A DNA stretch of 64,000 nucleotides from Phycisphaerae bacterium (GTDB lineage Bacteria; Planctomycetota; Phycisphaerae; UBA1845), in NCBI GenBank assembly GCA_963666835.2, contig CAXXGO010000006.1, positions 2,272,001-2,336,000 on the forward strand, written 5' to 3'. Each line of letters starts with the position of its first letter. Position 1 is the first letter of the stretch. A program made the translations under genes and the position numbers. The notes beneath the pieces are model-generated. The model had not been told where the DNA came from. It made no database searches and saw only the letters and a list, made by a program, of their open reading frames with translations. Below are positions 47,591-57,196 of the stretch, one piece after another.

Positions 47591-50359
47591 TCAGGGGGAC
47601 CGGTTCGGCTTACGGCGGGCGCCGAACGTGCGCAACAGAGCCGGCAGAAGCAACAGGGTTGCGGCGAAGCACCCGGTTATGCTCAACACGACCAAGCCGG
47701 CCAGGCGGGCGTTGGCCGGAACCTGCGACAGCATCAATACGCCGAAGCCCAAAGCGACTGCCAGGGCATCGATCAAGATGGCAGGCCCGGTAGCGGCAAC
47801 GGCGTCGATGATTGCCTTCTCGGCATCGTTGGTGCTCTGCCGCGCGCGCTGGTAACGCTCCAGAAGGTGGATAGCGTAATCGACGCCGATCCCCAGCGTC
47901 ATGCCGGCGAACATGGACGTGGCCACGCCCAACGGCACGCCGGCGATTCCCATAACTGCGAAGTTGACCAGCACTGCGGCAGCGCACGGCAATACGCAGA
48001 GCAGCCCCCAACGAATCGACCGCCCGAGAATGGTCGTGACCGCCAGGACGCCGACCAGAGAAAGCAGAAGCGAACGAATCTGGGTAGTGACAATCGCATC
48101 GATGAGCGTCTGGCTGACGGCCACGTCACCGGCGAATTCCAGAGACACTCCGCGAGGCCTCAATCGGGTACTCTCGTAACCGCGGATGTCGGCCATAAGG
48201 TGTTTCGTGTCGACGAAGTTGGCGTCCTTCATGAAAACGGTGACCAGGGCTCGTGCATAGTCTGAGTCAACTACCTGTTGCCGGCGGTCCTTGCCGCGGA
48301 TGCGTTCGTATTGTGACCACACCCATTTGATGCCTTCGGATTCGTCCGGGATTCGACGTTGGTCCTCGCGCAAACCGCGAGCCATTAGGTTCGCCGTCTT
48401 GATCAGATCGGCCGTGCCGATCGCGCCCCCGACGGCGTCGTCCCGATGTGACTCCACGAAATCTTCCAACTCTTCCACGAGCGTCAGGGTCTCCGGACGC
48501 ATGAAGCGGTAGGGCGCGATTTCGTAACGCAGCTCCACGTCCGCCGACGTCCGCAGCGCGATCCGGGGTGATCCGGATTTGCGGTTGACCGTAATAAGGA
48601 TCCCCTCGGGGACGCGCTCGGCCGACTCGATCCACGAGACCCAATCTCGCCATGCCCGAGGTACGCGGTCCGGCGAGGTCGGCTGAGGGGGGGCACCCTG
48701 ACGAGATAGGCGGACCTGTTGACCGACGATCCGCTCGGCATTGGCGATCGCGTCGGACGGGAGGAGTATGGTGTGATGGTCTATGGCCGCCCCCGGCAGC
48801 GTGCCGGAGAGCTTCGTGTGGTGCGTATCCAGGCAGAGCAGCAGAATATGGCTGCCGAGGAACTGCTGATTGAAGTAATCCGTCGCCTGGAAGAACTCGC
48901 TGTCGGGGGCGAAGCCGTCGATCCAACTGTCTTGAATGACAATCCGCTTCACCCCCAGCGGCGCCGCGGCCATGATAACGCCGGCGAGTGCAAGCACGGC
49001 GTAACGGTATCTGATCATCGACGCCGCGAATCGGCCGAAACGGGAATCTCGCCGTGACTGACTATTGACGGCCGCATCGAGCTGAAGTTCCCTGAGGAAG
49101 CGGCGGGGGGGCAGCAGGGTCAAACACGCTGGGATGACGGAAAGCGACCAGAGCATGCAGAAGATGATGCCGATGGCCGTGAAGATGCCGAACGCTTGAA
49201 CCGGGCCGATCGGGGAGAGCGCGAACGAAAGGAACCCGACTGCCGTGGTGACCGAGGTCTTCACGACCGGACCGGTCATTTCCTCCATGGTTGCCAGGAC
49301 GGCGTTGCGATGGTCGTCGTAAGTTCGGGCTCGAAGCTCCTCAATGTAGCGAGCGGTGATGTGGATCTCGTCGGCCACTCCGATAGCGGTGAGAATCACC
49401 GGCAGCACTGCGATGGTGAGATAGACCGGCACCCCAATCCAGCCCATCAGACCGAACACGACCGCCAGGCATGCTCCCACCTCCACAAGAGGTAACGCGA
49501 CCCCGATTACGCTCCGAAAGCTGACCAGAAAAACGAATGCCATGATCGCGATGGCCACGGGCACCAGTCCAACGTGACGTCCAATGAACACGCGAAGTTC
49601 GTAGAGGCTGCGGGGAACGCGCCATTCGTCCGCCGATCCGTCGGATCGGGTCCGGTAGCCGAGCACCACGGAGGGAACTCCCAGATCTTCGAGAATGTGA
49701 GTGCCCAGAAGCGCCTCGGCCACGGGAGCGCCGATTATGTCGATCCGTTCCGGGAGTTCGCCTTGGGCTCGCACGATGTCGCGGATCTTCCGCACCAACC
49801 CGGTCCGATCGGCATCAGCAGGTACTCCGATCATGATGGCGGTGGCGTTCTCGTCCAGTGAAACCAGCGTACCGGTGAAGAGCTCGATGGCTCGCAGGTC
49901 ATCACGGAGAGTCTGGAGCGCTTCCGCAGTATCCGGGAGGGGTTCGAGCAAACGACGGACGTGCAGAGTGCCGGGTCGAACTCGGTGCCCGTATTCGGTA
50001 GCCAGTGAAAACAGATCTGTCGGGCGAACACCTTCGAGCTCTCGAAATGCGCCGGTCAGGGCCTCAACGAGAGCGACGGTATGAGCGTTGAAGATGCCGT
50101 CGGGGTGGTCCGCCCGGATGAGAACGACCACGGGGTCCTCAGTGGCGAACTCATCTCTGATTGCTCGGTCGAGGCGGATCTCGGGAGCTAGCTTGGGCAC
50201 CAGGGCGTGCCCGTCGGTGCGAATCTGCAGCCGCAATACCCCCGGGGCGATTGCCAGCGTGATAAACAACGCAACAGCGATCACCGTTTTCGGATGTTGT
50301 GTCGAATATCGGTATAGCCAGACCAAGATCTTACCGCCGGAAGAGCTTTCCGCAGTCAC
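47591..50359 (-). CDS. MMPL/RND-family transporter
   Basis: Two repeats of 1+5 TM with large soluble loops; AIGVADEIHI and LGIGVDYAIHLLERY motifs. Start uncertain: GTG 50359 chosen, ORF open to 50599. Confidence 0.88.
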   Translation of the reverse strand: MTAESSSGGKILVWLYRYSTQHPKTVIAVALFITLAIAPGVLRLQIRTDGHALVPKLAPEIRLDRAIRDEFATEDPVVVLIRADHPDGIFNAHTVALVEALTGAFRELEGVRPTDLFSLATEYGHRVRPGTLHVRRLLEPLPDTAEALQTLRDDLRAIELFTGTLVSLDENATAIMIGVPADADRTGLVRKIRDIVRAQGELPERIDIIGAPVAEALLGTHILEDLGVPSVVLGYRTRSDGSADEWRVPRSLYELRVFIGRHVGLVPVAIAIMAFVFLVSFRSVIGVALPLVEVGACLAVVFGLMGWIGVPVYLTIAVLPVILTAIGVADEIHITARYIEELRARTYDDHRNAVLATMEEMTGPVVKTSVTTAVGFLSFALSPIGPVQAFGIFTAIGIIFCMLWSLSVIPACLTLLPPRRFLRELQLDAAVNSQSRRDSRFGRFAASMIRYRYAVLALAGVIMAAAPLGVKRIVIQDSWIDGFAPDSEFFQATDYFNQQFLGSHILLLCLDTHHTKLSGTLPGAAIDHHTILLPSDAIANAERIVGQQVRLSRQGAPPQPTSPDRVPRAWRDWVSWIESAERVPEGILITVNRKSGSPRIALRTSADVELRYEIAPYRFMRPETLTLVEELEDFVESHRDDAVGGAIGTADLIKTANLMARGLREDQRRIPDESEGIKWVWSQYERIRGKDRRQQVVDSDYARALVTVFMKDANFVDTKHLMADIRGYESTRLRPRGVSLEFAGDVAVSQTLIDAIVTTQIRSLLLSLVGVLAVTTILGRSIRWGLLCVLPCAAAVLVNFAVMGIAGVPLGVATSMFAGMTLGIGVDYAIHLLERYQRARQSTNDAEKAIIDAVAATGPAILIDALAVALGFGVLMLSQVPANARLAGLVVLSITGCFAATLLLLPALLRTFGARRKPNRSP

Positions 50360-50567
50360 CTGCAGAGCGGCCGATGCTACGGGAGCCGCGGTCGGCAGGC
50401 AAACGGGCCAATCTGCAGGAATTGCGCAACCAAAAGTGGCTTGCAGCCAGACTGGCAGCCTTGAGCGAGGTCGCCCTTTGTTGACTCGCCGTGTGGGTTT
50501 GGGGGCGATGAAACGGGCCGTGAGGCTCTGTCGATAGCCGATTTCCTTCTTGTCTGGGGCTCCGCCG

Positions 50568-50576
50568 TGGTATAAT
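50568..50576 (+). promoter_or_regulatory. Putative extended -10 promoter for the DUF1702-ACP-KS operon
   Basis: TGGTATAAT (TGnTATAAT) in the divergent intergenic region, about 200 nt before ATG 50772. Confidence 0.5.
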
Positions 50577-50771
50577 CGGAGTGACACTAGCATAAGCACG
50601 CGAGGCTAAGCCTGCAGATCGTATCGCTGCCGGTTCTGTTTGGGTTGCGCAGAGGCTTGGCCGGCGGGTGAGCCGCAGCATGGTGGATTCGGCTTGCGTT
50701 CTGGCGCTGGTTGGCTCCGCGGATGGCGTGCTGGGTGTTCGGGCCGAAGCGACCGGGTTGGGTCGATTGAC

Positions 50772-51854
50772 ATGGGATATGGGATGTACATCACGCTGGT
50801 GATCGCAGCGGCGCTGGTCGTATGCCTTGGCACAGGTTGGTGGCGTGTGGGGTTCACGCCCTTTGCGATTCCCGCCCGTAAGATGACCGTCGAGCGGCTG
50901 GGACTTTGTGTCGCCGGACCGGAGGACGCGAAGCGGGTGAATGGGATTCTGGCGAGTTTCGCGGGCGGTTTCAATGCCATGATCGCGGCACGACGAATGA
51001 AGGCCGTGCGAGCCCATTGCGAGTCGATCGGTCCGCTGTATCGCTCGTTTGCGGAAGAGGGTATGGCGATGGGCTACACCCTCCGCCGCCTTTTCCGTTA
51101 CGATCCGGCCTCCTTTGAATCGCAGATTATCGAACAAGGCCCCGGTTTCCGATACCTCTACTACGTCGGCTTGGGCTTCTGGTCGGGGATCCGGAACCAC
51201 TCCGGGCAGCGTTTGACGGGCATTACGCAGGGGTTGGATCCGCTTCATCGATTCTTGTGCTTCGATGGCTACGGGTTCAACTACGCGTTTTTTGAGTACG
51301 GCAAGGACCCCGAGGTGCTTCGCCGGCTGGACGGCCTGGACGGGTACGCGCGTCACGCGGCGTATCAAGGGGTCGGGCGGGCATTCTGGTTCCTCTTCTC
51401 GGGCGACCCCGAGCGGCTTATCGAGCACGCCGCGCGGTTCGGGGAATATTCCGGAGATATTGCGGCCGGCGTCGGATTGGCGTCGGTGTTTGTCAATCCC
51501 GATCGGTTGGACACCGCCCGGGATCTGGCTAACAAGATGCCGCAAGAGTGGCACGATGACTTCCATCTGGGAATGTGTTTCGGGCTCAAAGCCCGTTCGA
51601 TTAATGATCCGGACGAGTATGCGCGAAATCTGGGGCTGCTGGATGCCGGAGGGCGTGAGGCGGTAACGGCTTCGATTCGAGAGTGTGATCGGGTCGAGGC
51701 GGCGGTTCGGGGAGAGATGGGCGAGGATGGATACCGGCGTTGGCGCGAGCAGGTAACGGCATGGATGGCTTCGAATGTTTCCTATCCGTTGACTGGAGTC
51801 GCGACGACTTCGCCGTCGGCATCGGGCCTGCCGACCGCAGTCGAAACGGCATAG
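50772..51854 (+). CDS. DUF1702-family protein (UnbL / enediyne E3-like) with an N-terminal hydrophobic anchor
   Basis: FAEEGMAM, YYVGLGF, FDGYGF, YQGVGRAFWF and GVGLAS motifs as recalled for DUF1702. Start ATG 50772 or 50784. Confidence 0.72.
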   Translation: MGYGMYITLVIAAALVVCLGTGWWRVGFTPFAIPARKMTVERLGLCVAGPEDAKRVNGILASFAGGFNAMIAARRMKAVRAHCESIGPLYRSFAEEGMAMGYTLRRLFRYDPASFESQIIEQGPGFRYLYYVGLGFWSGIRNHSGQRLTGITQGLDPLHRFLCFDGYGFNYAFFEYGKDPEVLRRLDGLDGYARHAAYQGVGRAFWFLFSGDPERLIEHAARFGEYSGDIAAGVGLASVFVNPDRLDTARDLANKMPQEWHDDFHLGMCFGLKARSINDPDEYARNLGLLDAGGREAVTASIRECDRVEAAVRGEMGEDGYRRWREQVTAWMASNVSYPLTGVATTSPSASGLPTAVETA

Positions 51855-51866
51855 AGGAGGAGCGCA

Positions 51867-52115
51867 ATGAAAGGTTATGAGGCTGCCAAAGACGAGATTC
51901 TCGAGTGGATTAGCGAGGCGATTCAGGTTCCGGTTGCGGAGATTGACCTGGATAAACCGCTCACGGACATCGGTCTCGACTCGCTCGATGCCGTGCACAT
52001 GATCGCCACAATCGAGTCCATCATTCAGAAGGAACTGCCCGAGGACATCATTCAGCGCGTAAGCTGCCTTAACGACATGCTCGATATGATGCGGGAGAAG
52101 ATGGCTGCCGCCTGA
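51867..52115 (+). CDS. Acyl carrier protein
   Basis: Acidic 82-aa protein with the GLDSLD phosphopantetheine site. Strong GAGGAGGAG ribosome binding site. Confidence 0.92.
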   Translation: MKGYEAAKDEILEWISEAIQVPVAEIDLDKPLTDIGLDSLDAVHMIATIESIIQKELPEDIIQRVSCLNDMLDMMREKMAAA

Positions 52116-52157
52116 GTTCGGTTCCAACGTGATCCGCAAGGTCGAGCGAGGAGTCGT

Positions 52158-53342
52158 ATGGCTGAAGACGTCGTCATTACCGGTCTGGGGATAGTCTCTT
52201 CCTTGGGCTGCGGGGAGCAGCGCTTCTGGGATGCGCTCTATCACGGCCGGTCCGGGGCCTCGCCGGTTGATCTTATGGATACGTCCGATCTGTCACGGAC
52301 TATCGCGTGCCAGGTACGTGACCCTATAGACGTCGAAGGGGATATGGGCAGAGCCGCCCGTCTTTCCGTTTCCGCCGCCCGCCAGGCGGTGGCTTCCGCC
52401 GGAATCGCTTCGGCCGACCTGGCGGGCAGGCACGTGGTTACGACCATCGGCACGACGATGGGTGAGACGGAGTTCATCGAAGATCGTCTTACTTCACCGA
52501 ACGCAGACTGGCTCTCGCCTCAGCACACACAGCGGATTCTTCACGGCCGGCCCGGCTCGATTGCCGAGCATGTGCGGACCGACCTTCGAATCCACGGCCC
52601 GGCCGCCGATCTGTATGGGGCGTGCGCGGCCGGCAATATGGCGATCCAATCCGCCCGACGCCGGCTGCTGGCCGGTGAAGGAGATTTTGCCCTCGCCGGC
52701 GGGGCTGATGGTTTCAGTCGATTGGCCTTCATCGGTTTCATGCGTCTGCGCGTGATGGCGGCAGAGGTTTGCCGGCCTTTCGACGAACAACGTGACGGTT
52801 TGCTCGTCGGCGAAGGGGCGGCGGTGTTCGTGTTGGAGCGAGAGTCGTCGGCGCGGGCTCGCGGAGCGCCGATCAGAGCGCGAGTTGTAGGGGGGGCGGT
52901 CACGTGTGAGGACTATCACCCGACTCGCCCGCACCCCGAGGGCGATGGGTTGAGCCGGTCGACCACCGCGGCGTTGCGCGACGCCGGGATTGCTCCCGAA
53001 GACGTGGACTATGTCTGTGCTCACGGTACGGGAACGCCGCACAACGACGCCATCGAGGTGAAGGTGATGCAGAGTTGCTTCCCACGCGGCGTGGCCTTCA
53101 GCTCGATCAAGGCGCTGACCGGGCACCCGATGGGGGCGGCCGCGGCTATGGAGGCGGCGTGTTGCGCGCTCAGCCTCGAGGCTCAGACCCTCATCCCGAC
53201 CTGGCACTTGGAGAACACGCTGCAACCCTGCATGCTGGACGCGATTCAAGGGGCGCCGCGCGCGGCGCGTGTGCGCTACGTGGTCAACAACTCCGCCGGG
53301 TTCGGTGGTTACAACAGCAGCATTGTCTTGGCGGCGGCGTAG
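52158..53342 (+). CDS. Beta-ketoacyl-ACP synthase (FabF-like KS)
   Basis: VVITGLG, GACAAG (Cys), RPFD..RDG..GEGA, HGTGT (His), KALTGH (His), NSAGFGG. Confidence 0.92.
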   Translation: MAEDVVITGLGIVSSLGCGEQRFWDALYHGRSGASPVDLMDTSDLSRTIACQVRDPIDVEGDMGRAARLSVSAARQAVASAGIASADLAGRHVVTTIGTTMGETEFIEDRLTSPNADWLSPQHTQRILHGRPGSIAEHVRTDLRIHGPAADLYGACAAGNMAIQSARRRLLAGEGDFALAGGADGFSRLAFIGFMRLRVMAAEVCRPFDEQRDGLLVGEGAAVFVLERESSARARGAPIRARVVGGAVTCEDYHPTRPHPEGDGLSRSTTAALRDAGIAPEDVDYVCAHGTGTPHNDAIEVKVMQSCFPRGVAFSSIKALTGHPMGAAAAMEAACCALSLEAQTLIPTWHLENTLQPCMLDAIQGAPRAARVRYVVNNSAGFGGYNSSIVLAAA

Positions 53343-53442
53343 TAGCCCTTCGAGTAAGCAGGACGCCGCGGCCGGTGGTTTCGCCGGGTTTCTCGGGCCA
53401 GGCTCTGGGCACGCCTACGTTCCCTGGCTATAAAGTCAGTCT

Positions 53443-54711
53443 ATGGACTCGTACCCAAGACGTGTAGTGGTTACCGGGGTCGGGCCGGTGACTTCGATCG
53501 GCACCGGTTGTGATGACCTGTGGGCGTCCCTCGACGCCGGGCGTTCGAACGTTCAGACTCGCATGCTTCCGTCGGACGTCGCTTGCGGGGCGGAGTTGCC
53601 GATTGCCGCGATGCCCGCGGTTGAGGATGTGCCGGGCCTTGCCCGTCACGTCGATTTCCTGACCGGGCAAGACTGCGCACCTTATCGCGAATTGGCGTAT
53701 GCACTTCTGGCCATCGAGCTTGCCCTGGATGATGCGGGGCTCGATCCGGGGGACAATGGCAAGCGCGTGGGGGCGGTGCAGGTCTTTGAAGCGCCCGGCG
53801 TGGAGGGAACGGTGAGCCATCTGTTCCGGCTCATGTCGATGCCGCCGCCGCCCGGAGCGCCGCCGAAGCTGTACGACCATCTGGCCTCCTACTTCTACAG
53901 CATGCAGCCGTTTCATTTCGTCCATTTAATGGGTAAAGCGTTTGGGCTGCACGGTTTTTCAACGAGTGTGCACAATGCGTGTTCATCCGGGTTGTTTGCG
54001 ATGGAAATAGCCGCCCAGCAGATTCGCGCGGGTAACGCCGACGCCATGATCGTCGTCGGCGGGGAGGCATTTGAAACCGCCGTTCGCCTGGAGTGGTTCC
54101 GCCGGCTGGAGATGTACGCTTCGGATACGTGCATGCGCCCGTTCGATGCCGAGTCTTGTGGGTTCTACGTGGGGGAGGGGGCCGGGGCCATTGTGCTGGA
54201 AGCGGAGGAACTCGCCGCCCGGCGCGGGGCGAAGCCGTACGCCGCCTACCTTGGCGGGGCTCATGCCCAGCAAGCGTGGAAGCAGACGATCCCCGACGTT
54301 CGGGCGTTGAGGCTCCGCGATGTCATCACCGAGGCATTAACCCGAGCTTCGGTCTCGCCCGCGGATCTGGACCTGATTGTGCCGCACGGAGCCGGGACGA
54401 TGCTGTGTGATGGGTATGAAGCTTCATGCCTGGCCGGGGCACTTGGCGACGCCCAGACCTCGGCAGTGGCTACCGTGTTCAAGCCGAACCTGGGTCACAT
54501 GCTGGCGGCCAGCGGGATTACCGAGACCATTTGTGCTATGCTGGCCATGAAGCACGGTCGCGTGCCCGCCACCCTCGGCTCCCGCGCCGACCGGGTGAAG
54601 CTGGCCGTGCCCCTGGTGACCGAATCCGTGACCCACCCCATACGCTTTATTCTCAAAATGTCGACCGGCTTCACCGGCCACGATGCGGCGGGTGTTCTTG
54701 GTGAGGTATGA
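53443..54711 (+). CDS. Second beta-ketoacyl synthase family protein (divergent)
   Basis: RVVVTGVG, NACSSG (Cys), RPFD, GEGAG, PHGAGT (His), KPNLGH (His), GFTG. Confidence 0.88.
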   Translation: MDSYPRRVVVTGVGPVTSIGTGCDDLWASLDAGRSNVQTRMLPSDVACGAELPIAAMPAVEDVPGLARHVDFLTGQDCAPYRELAYALLAIELALDDAGLDPGDNGKRVGAVQVFEAPGVEGTVSHLFRLMSMPPPPGAPPKLYDHLASYFYSMQPFHFVHLMGKAFGLHGFSTSVHNACSSGLFAMEIAAQQIRAGNADAMIVVGGEAFETAVRLEWFRRLEMYASDTCMRPFDAESCGFYVGEGAGAIVLEAEELAARRGAKPYAAYLGGAHAQQAWKQTIPDVRALRLRDVITEALTRASVSPADLDLIVPHGAGTMLCDGYEASCLAGALGDAQTSAVATVFKPNLGHMLAASGITETICAMLAMKHGRVPATLGSRADRVKLAVPLVTESVTHPIRFILKMSTGFTGHDAAGVLGEV

Positions 54712-55249
54712 TCCTCCTTCGGTGCGGCCCCTCCCTTGGCCAATCCACGCCGATTCGTCGACCCCCTGCGGCCACTCCCTGACGGTCGGCGGTCCAACAA
54801 GTTTCCTCATGACACCGATCTGGCACCACCCGTAGGGCAGGTCGAGGTACGAGACCTGCCGCAACGGCTGTCACCACCCGTAGGGCAGGTCGAGGTACGA
54901 GACCTGCCGCAATAACGCGCATCGCGCGAAGACTATGGCAGGTCTCGTACCTCGACCATGCCCTACAACCTGCCGTTAGTACGGTGAGCGTAAGCGACCC
55001 GCCCCGGGCCAATGCGCGGCCACTCGTCGACCGGCTACAGCCACTCCCTGACCGTGGGTGGGCCAGTAAGTCCATCCATGACACCGACCTGGCACCACCC
55101 GTAGGGCAAATCGAAGCACGAGGCCTGCCGCAATAATGCGCATCGCGCGAAGACTATGGCAGGTCTCGTGCCTCGACCATGCCCCGCGAGATCGTCGCGT
55201 GACGCGCGCTGTTGTGGCAAGTTTCGTACGTTGACCGTGTCGTAAGCGA

Positions 55250-55515
55250 AGCCCCTTGGGGCGGCAGGTCCTTTAGCCCCACGGCGTAAGCCTGGGGAAA
55301 CCGTGAGAACGCTTCGCGCCAAGCCCCCTCGGGGGCGGCAGAGGGCATCGAGATTCGAATCGGACACCGGTAATTCAACATCGTAGGGAAGCACGTTGGC
55401 GACCGCCGGGAGCATTTCGATCATCGAAGTGCCGCCCCTGGGGGCTTGGGTTGACGTGTGACGCGATCCCGCGGCTTACGCCGCGGGCTTGGAAGAGCTG
55501 CCGCCCTGACGGGCT
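55250..55515. repeat. Composite inverted-repeat element (A-B-C / C'-B'-A' hairpins)
   Basis: Ends AGCCCCTTGGGGCGGCAG and CTGCCGCCCTGACGGGCT (15/18 inverted match). Internal CCCACGGCGTAAGCCTGGG and CCCGCGGCTTACGCCGCGGG hairpins. Confidence 0.7.
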
Positions 55516-55718
55516 GGTCCCGCGAGCCACGTGGGTGGCACATATTCGTGCGACTCACACCATTGCGCCCTTGGTAGCAGGTCTCGTGCCTCGACCGTGC
55601 CCTACAATCTGCGCGAGTATTCATGATTGAAGGCTCCTACCCTCCTCGCCACCGCGCGGGAATGCGCTGCCGTGCGAGAATACGCCGCCGTGTGGGAGAA
55701 TGCGCTCCCGCGCCCAAA

Positions 55719-55932
55719 TACGCCGAAGGCGTTGCGCCCCTAAGCCCAGGGTTGCCGCGAAGCGGCTACCCTGGGATCACGATCACATTGAAGATCAACC
55801 CCAACGGGGTTGCGTCGGTGTTCAACCCACTTCGGGGTTGGTGCGGAAGAGGGCCCGGTGACCCAGGGTGGCACTGAAGCGGCTACGCCGCTTCGTTTAC
55901 CCTGGGCTTTGCTGTTTAACGCCTTCGGCGTA
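55719..55932. repeat. Composite inverted-repeat element with perfect 15-bp terminal inverted repeats (REP doublet / MITE-like)
   Basis: TACGCCGAAGGCGTT at 55719-55733 and AACGCCTTCGGCGTA at 55918-55932. Each half resembles the unit at 44577-44676. Confidence 0.8.
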
Positions 55933-56340
55933 CGTTCGGAAAAAGCGTCCCGCGCGAGAACCCGGCGCCACCCGTAGCCCGTAGGGCAGGTCGAGGCACG
56001 AGACCTGCCGCAATGGTGCCCATCGCGCGAAGACTCAGCCCCTTCCTTACGGTGCGTGGGCCGGCAAGTTGACCCATGCCGCCGACCTGGCACCACCCGT
56101 AGGGCAGGTCGAGGTACGAGACCTGCCGCAATGGCGCGCGTCGCGCGAAGACTATGGCAGGTCTCGTGCCTCGACCGTGCCCTACAGCCTGCGCGGGCAT
56201 TCTTGATTGGGGAACCCGCAGGTAAGTCCATTGAACTGCGGCCAGAGAGAGAGTACCATTCAAAGGTGAGGCGGCGAACGATATGGAAACCACGAGATGG
56301 TACGCCTCGGTATGCCGTTTGGTCGATGCGGAGGGACACG

Positions 56341-56751
56341 ATGTCGGAATCGCAGACTGAGCCGCGCGTCTGCTGCCCGTCGTGCAGCTTCTCGCTGACG
56401 CAGGAGGCGCAACGGGATTGCGTGTGCGATAACTGTGGCACAGCGCTGGACGCGGAGTATCTGCGGTGTAGACGAGAGGAGCTGATTACCAAGGACGCCC
56501 ACGATCGACGCGTGTTGGCTTGCGAGCGGACTGCCGCCGTGGTCGGTGCAATCATGTTGGCGTCGGGCGCGGCAATGGTCGCCAAGTATGCCCCACTTAT
56601 GATGGTCAGCGGAAGAGCCTCCGGGGTATTCTTGATCGGCACTCTGATCGCCGTTGGCTGGCGCTGGCACAATCGTGATCCGATGTGGCCGGTGCTGGCG
56701 CCACTCGGGTTGTTCTGGTTTCTGTTCGGCTTGTTTTGCGCAGCGTGCTGA
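56341..56751 (+). CDS. Small zinc-ribbon membrane protein
   Basis: GGAGGG ribosome binding site; CPSC..CDNCG followed by three TM segments. Confidence 0.65.
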   Translation: MSESQTEPRVCCPSCSFSLTQEAQRDCVCDNCGTALDAEYLRCRREELITKDAHDRRVLACERTAAVVGAIMLASGAAMVAKYAPLMMVSGRASGVFLIGTLIAVGWRWHNRDPMWPVLAPLGLFWFLFGLFCAAC

Positions 56752-57155
56752 AGTCGGCTATCCCGGATTGTCTATGACGTTCGCACAAATGCGCGTAACT
56801 TACTGTGGCCTCACCCATGTGGGTGACACCACTGAAACACAGCGCGCTTCCACGCCAGGGACAAGCCCTGGAGCTACACTTGGATCACGGCCTCTTGTTC
56901 GTTTGTGCGAGTAGTCAGCACCAAGGCGATGGGGACTGTGTTGCTGGAATTAGTCGACTCGGAGCAGATGTTCGTGACGCCTGGGCATCGGCTCTAGGCC
57001 GTGTTGCCGGCCGGGACGTGTAGCGGGCTCAGCAACACAAGGGGGACCTCCCGGCCGATGATTCTGTCAGGGTCTCTCCCGTGGTCGGTAATCCGCACGT
57101 CCGCACGTCCGCAGGTCGCGGAAGCCGGATGGCCGGTTCCCTGGCTTGCGTCCTG

Positions 57156-57164
57156 TGGTATAAT
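57156..57164 (+). promoter_or_regulatory. Putative extended -10 promoter of the leader-heme operon
   Basis: TGGTATAAT ending 32 nt before ATG 57197. Confidence 0.55.
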
Positions 57165-57196
57165 CTCGGGAGAGAAGCTGTCAGTTTCGGTGGGCC

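Larger units (their letters stand above)
54832..56185. repeat. Cluster of nine GTAG-type REP copies arranged as BIME-like inverted doublets
   Basis: Consensus GTAGGGCA(C/T)0-1GGTCGAGG(T/C)ACGAGACCTGCC. Plus-strand copies start at 54832, 54880, 55101, 55981, 56099; minus-strand copies at 54937, 55158, 55576, 56156. Conserved 28-nt linker GCAATAACGCGCATCGCGCGAAGACTAT. Confidence 0.9.

Noticed and set aside
50331..52244. 637-aa minus-strand ORF
   Set aside because: It lies antisense to the DUF1702 and ACP genes, which have clear motifs. Long shadow ORFs are expected at this GC content.
50772..54711. Calling the cluster an enediyne pathway
   Set aside because: There is no iterative type I PKSE, thioesterase, UnbV or UnbU gene in the window; only the DUF1702-like gene is shared.
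54832..56185. CRISPR array suggested by repeats of about 29-30 bp
   Set aside because: Copies alternate in orientation, spacing is irregular, the linkers are conserved rather than unique, and no cas genes are present. This fits REP/BIME elements.
54671..56340. Several ORFs across the repeat region (54671-55084, 55035-55424, 55740-56672, and the 5' extension 56056-56340)
   Set aside because: Their translations are just the repeats read in frame (AAGLVPRPALR etc.). They have no protein-like features or ribosome binding sites.
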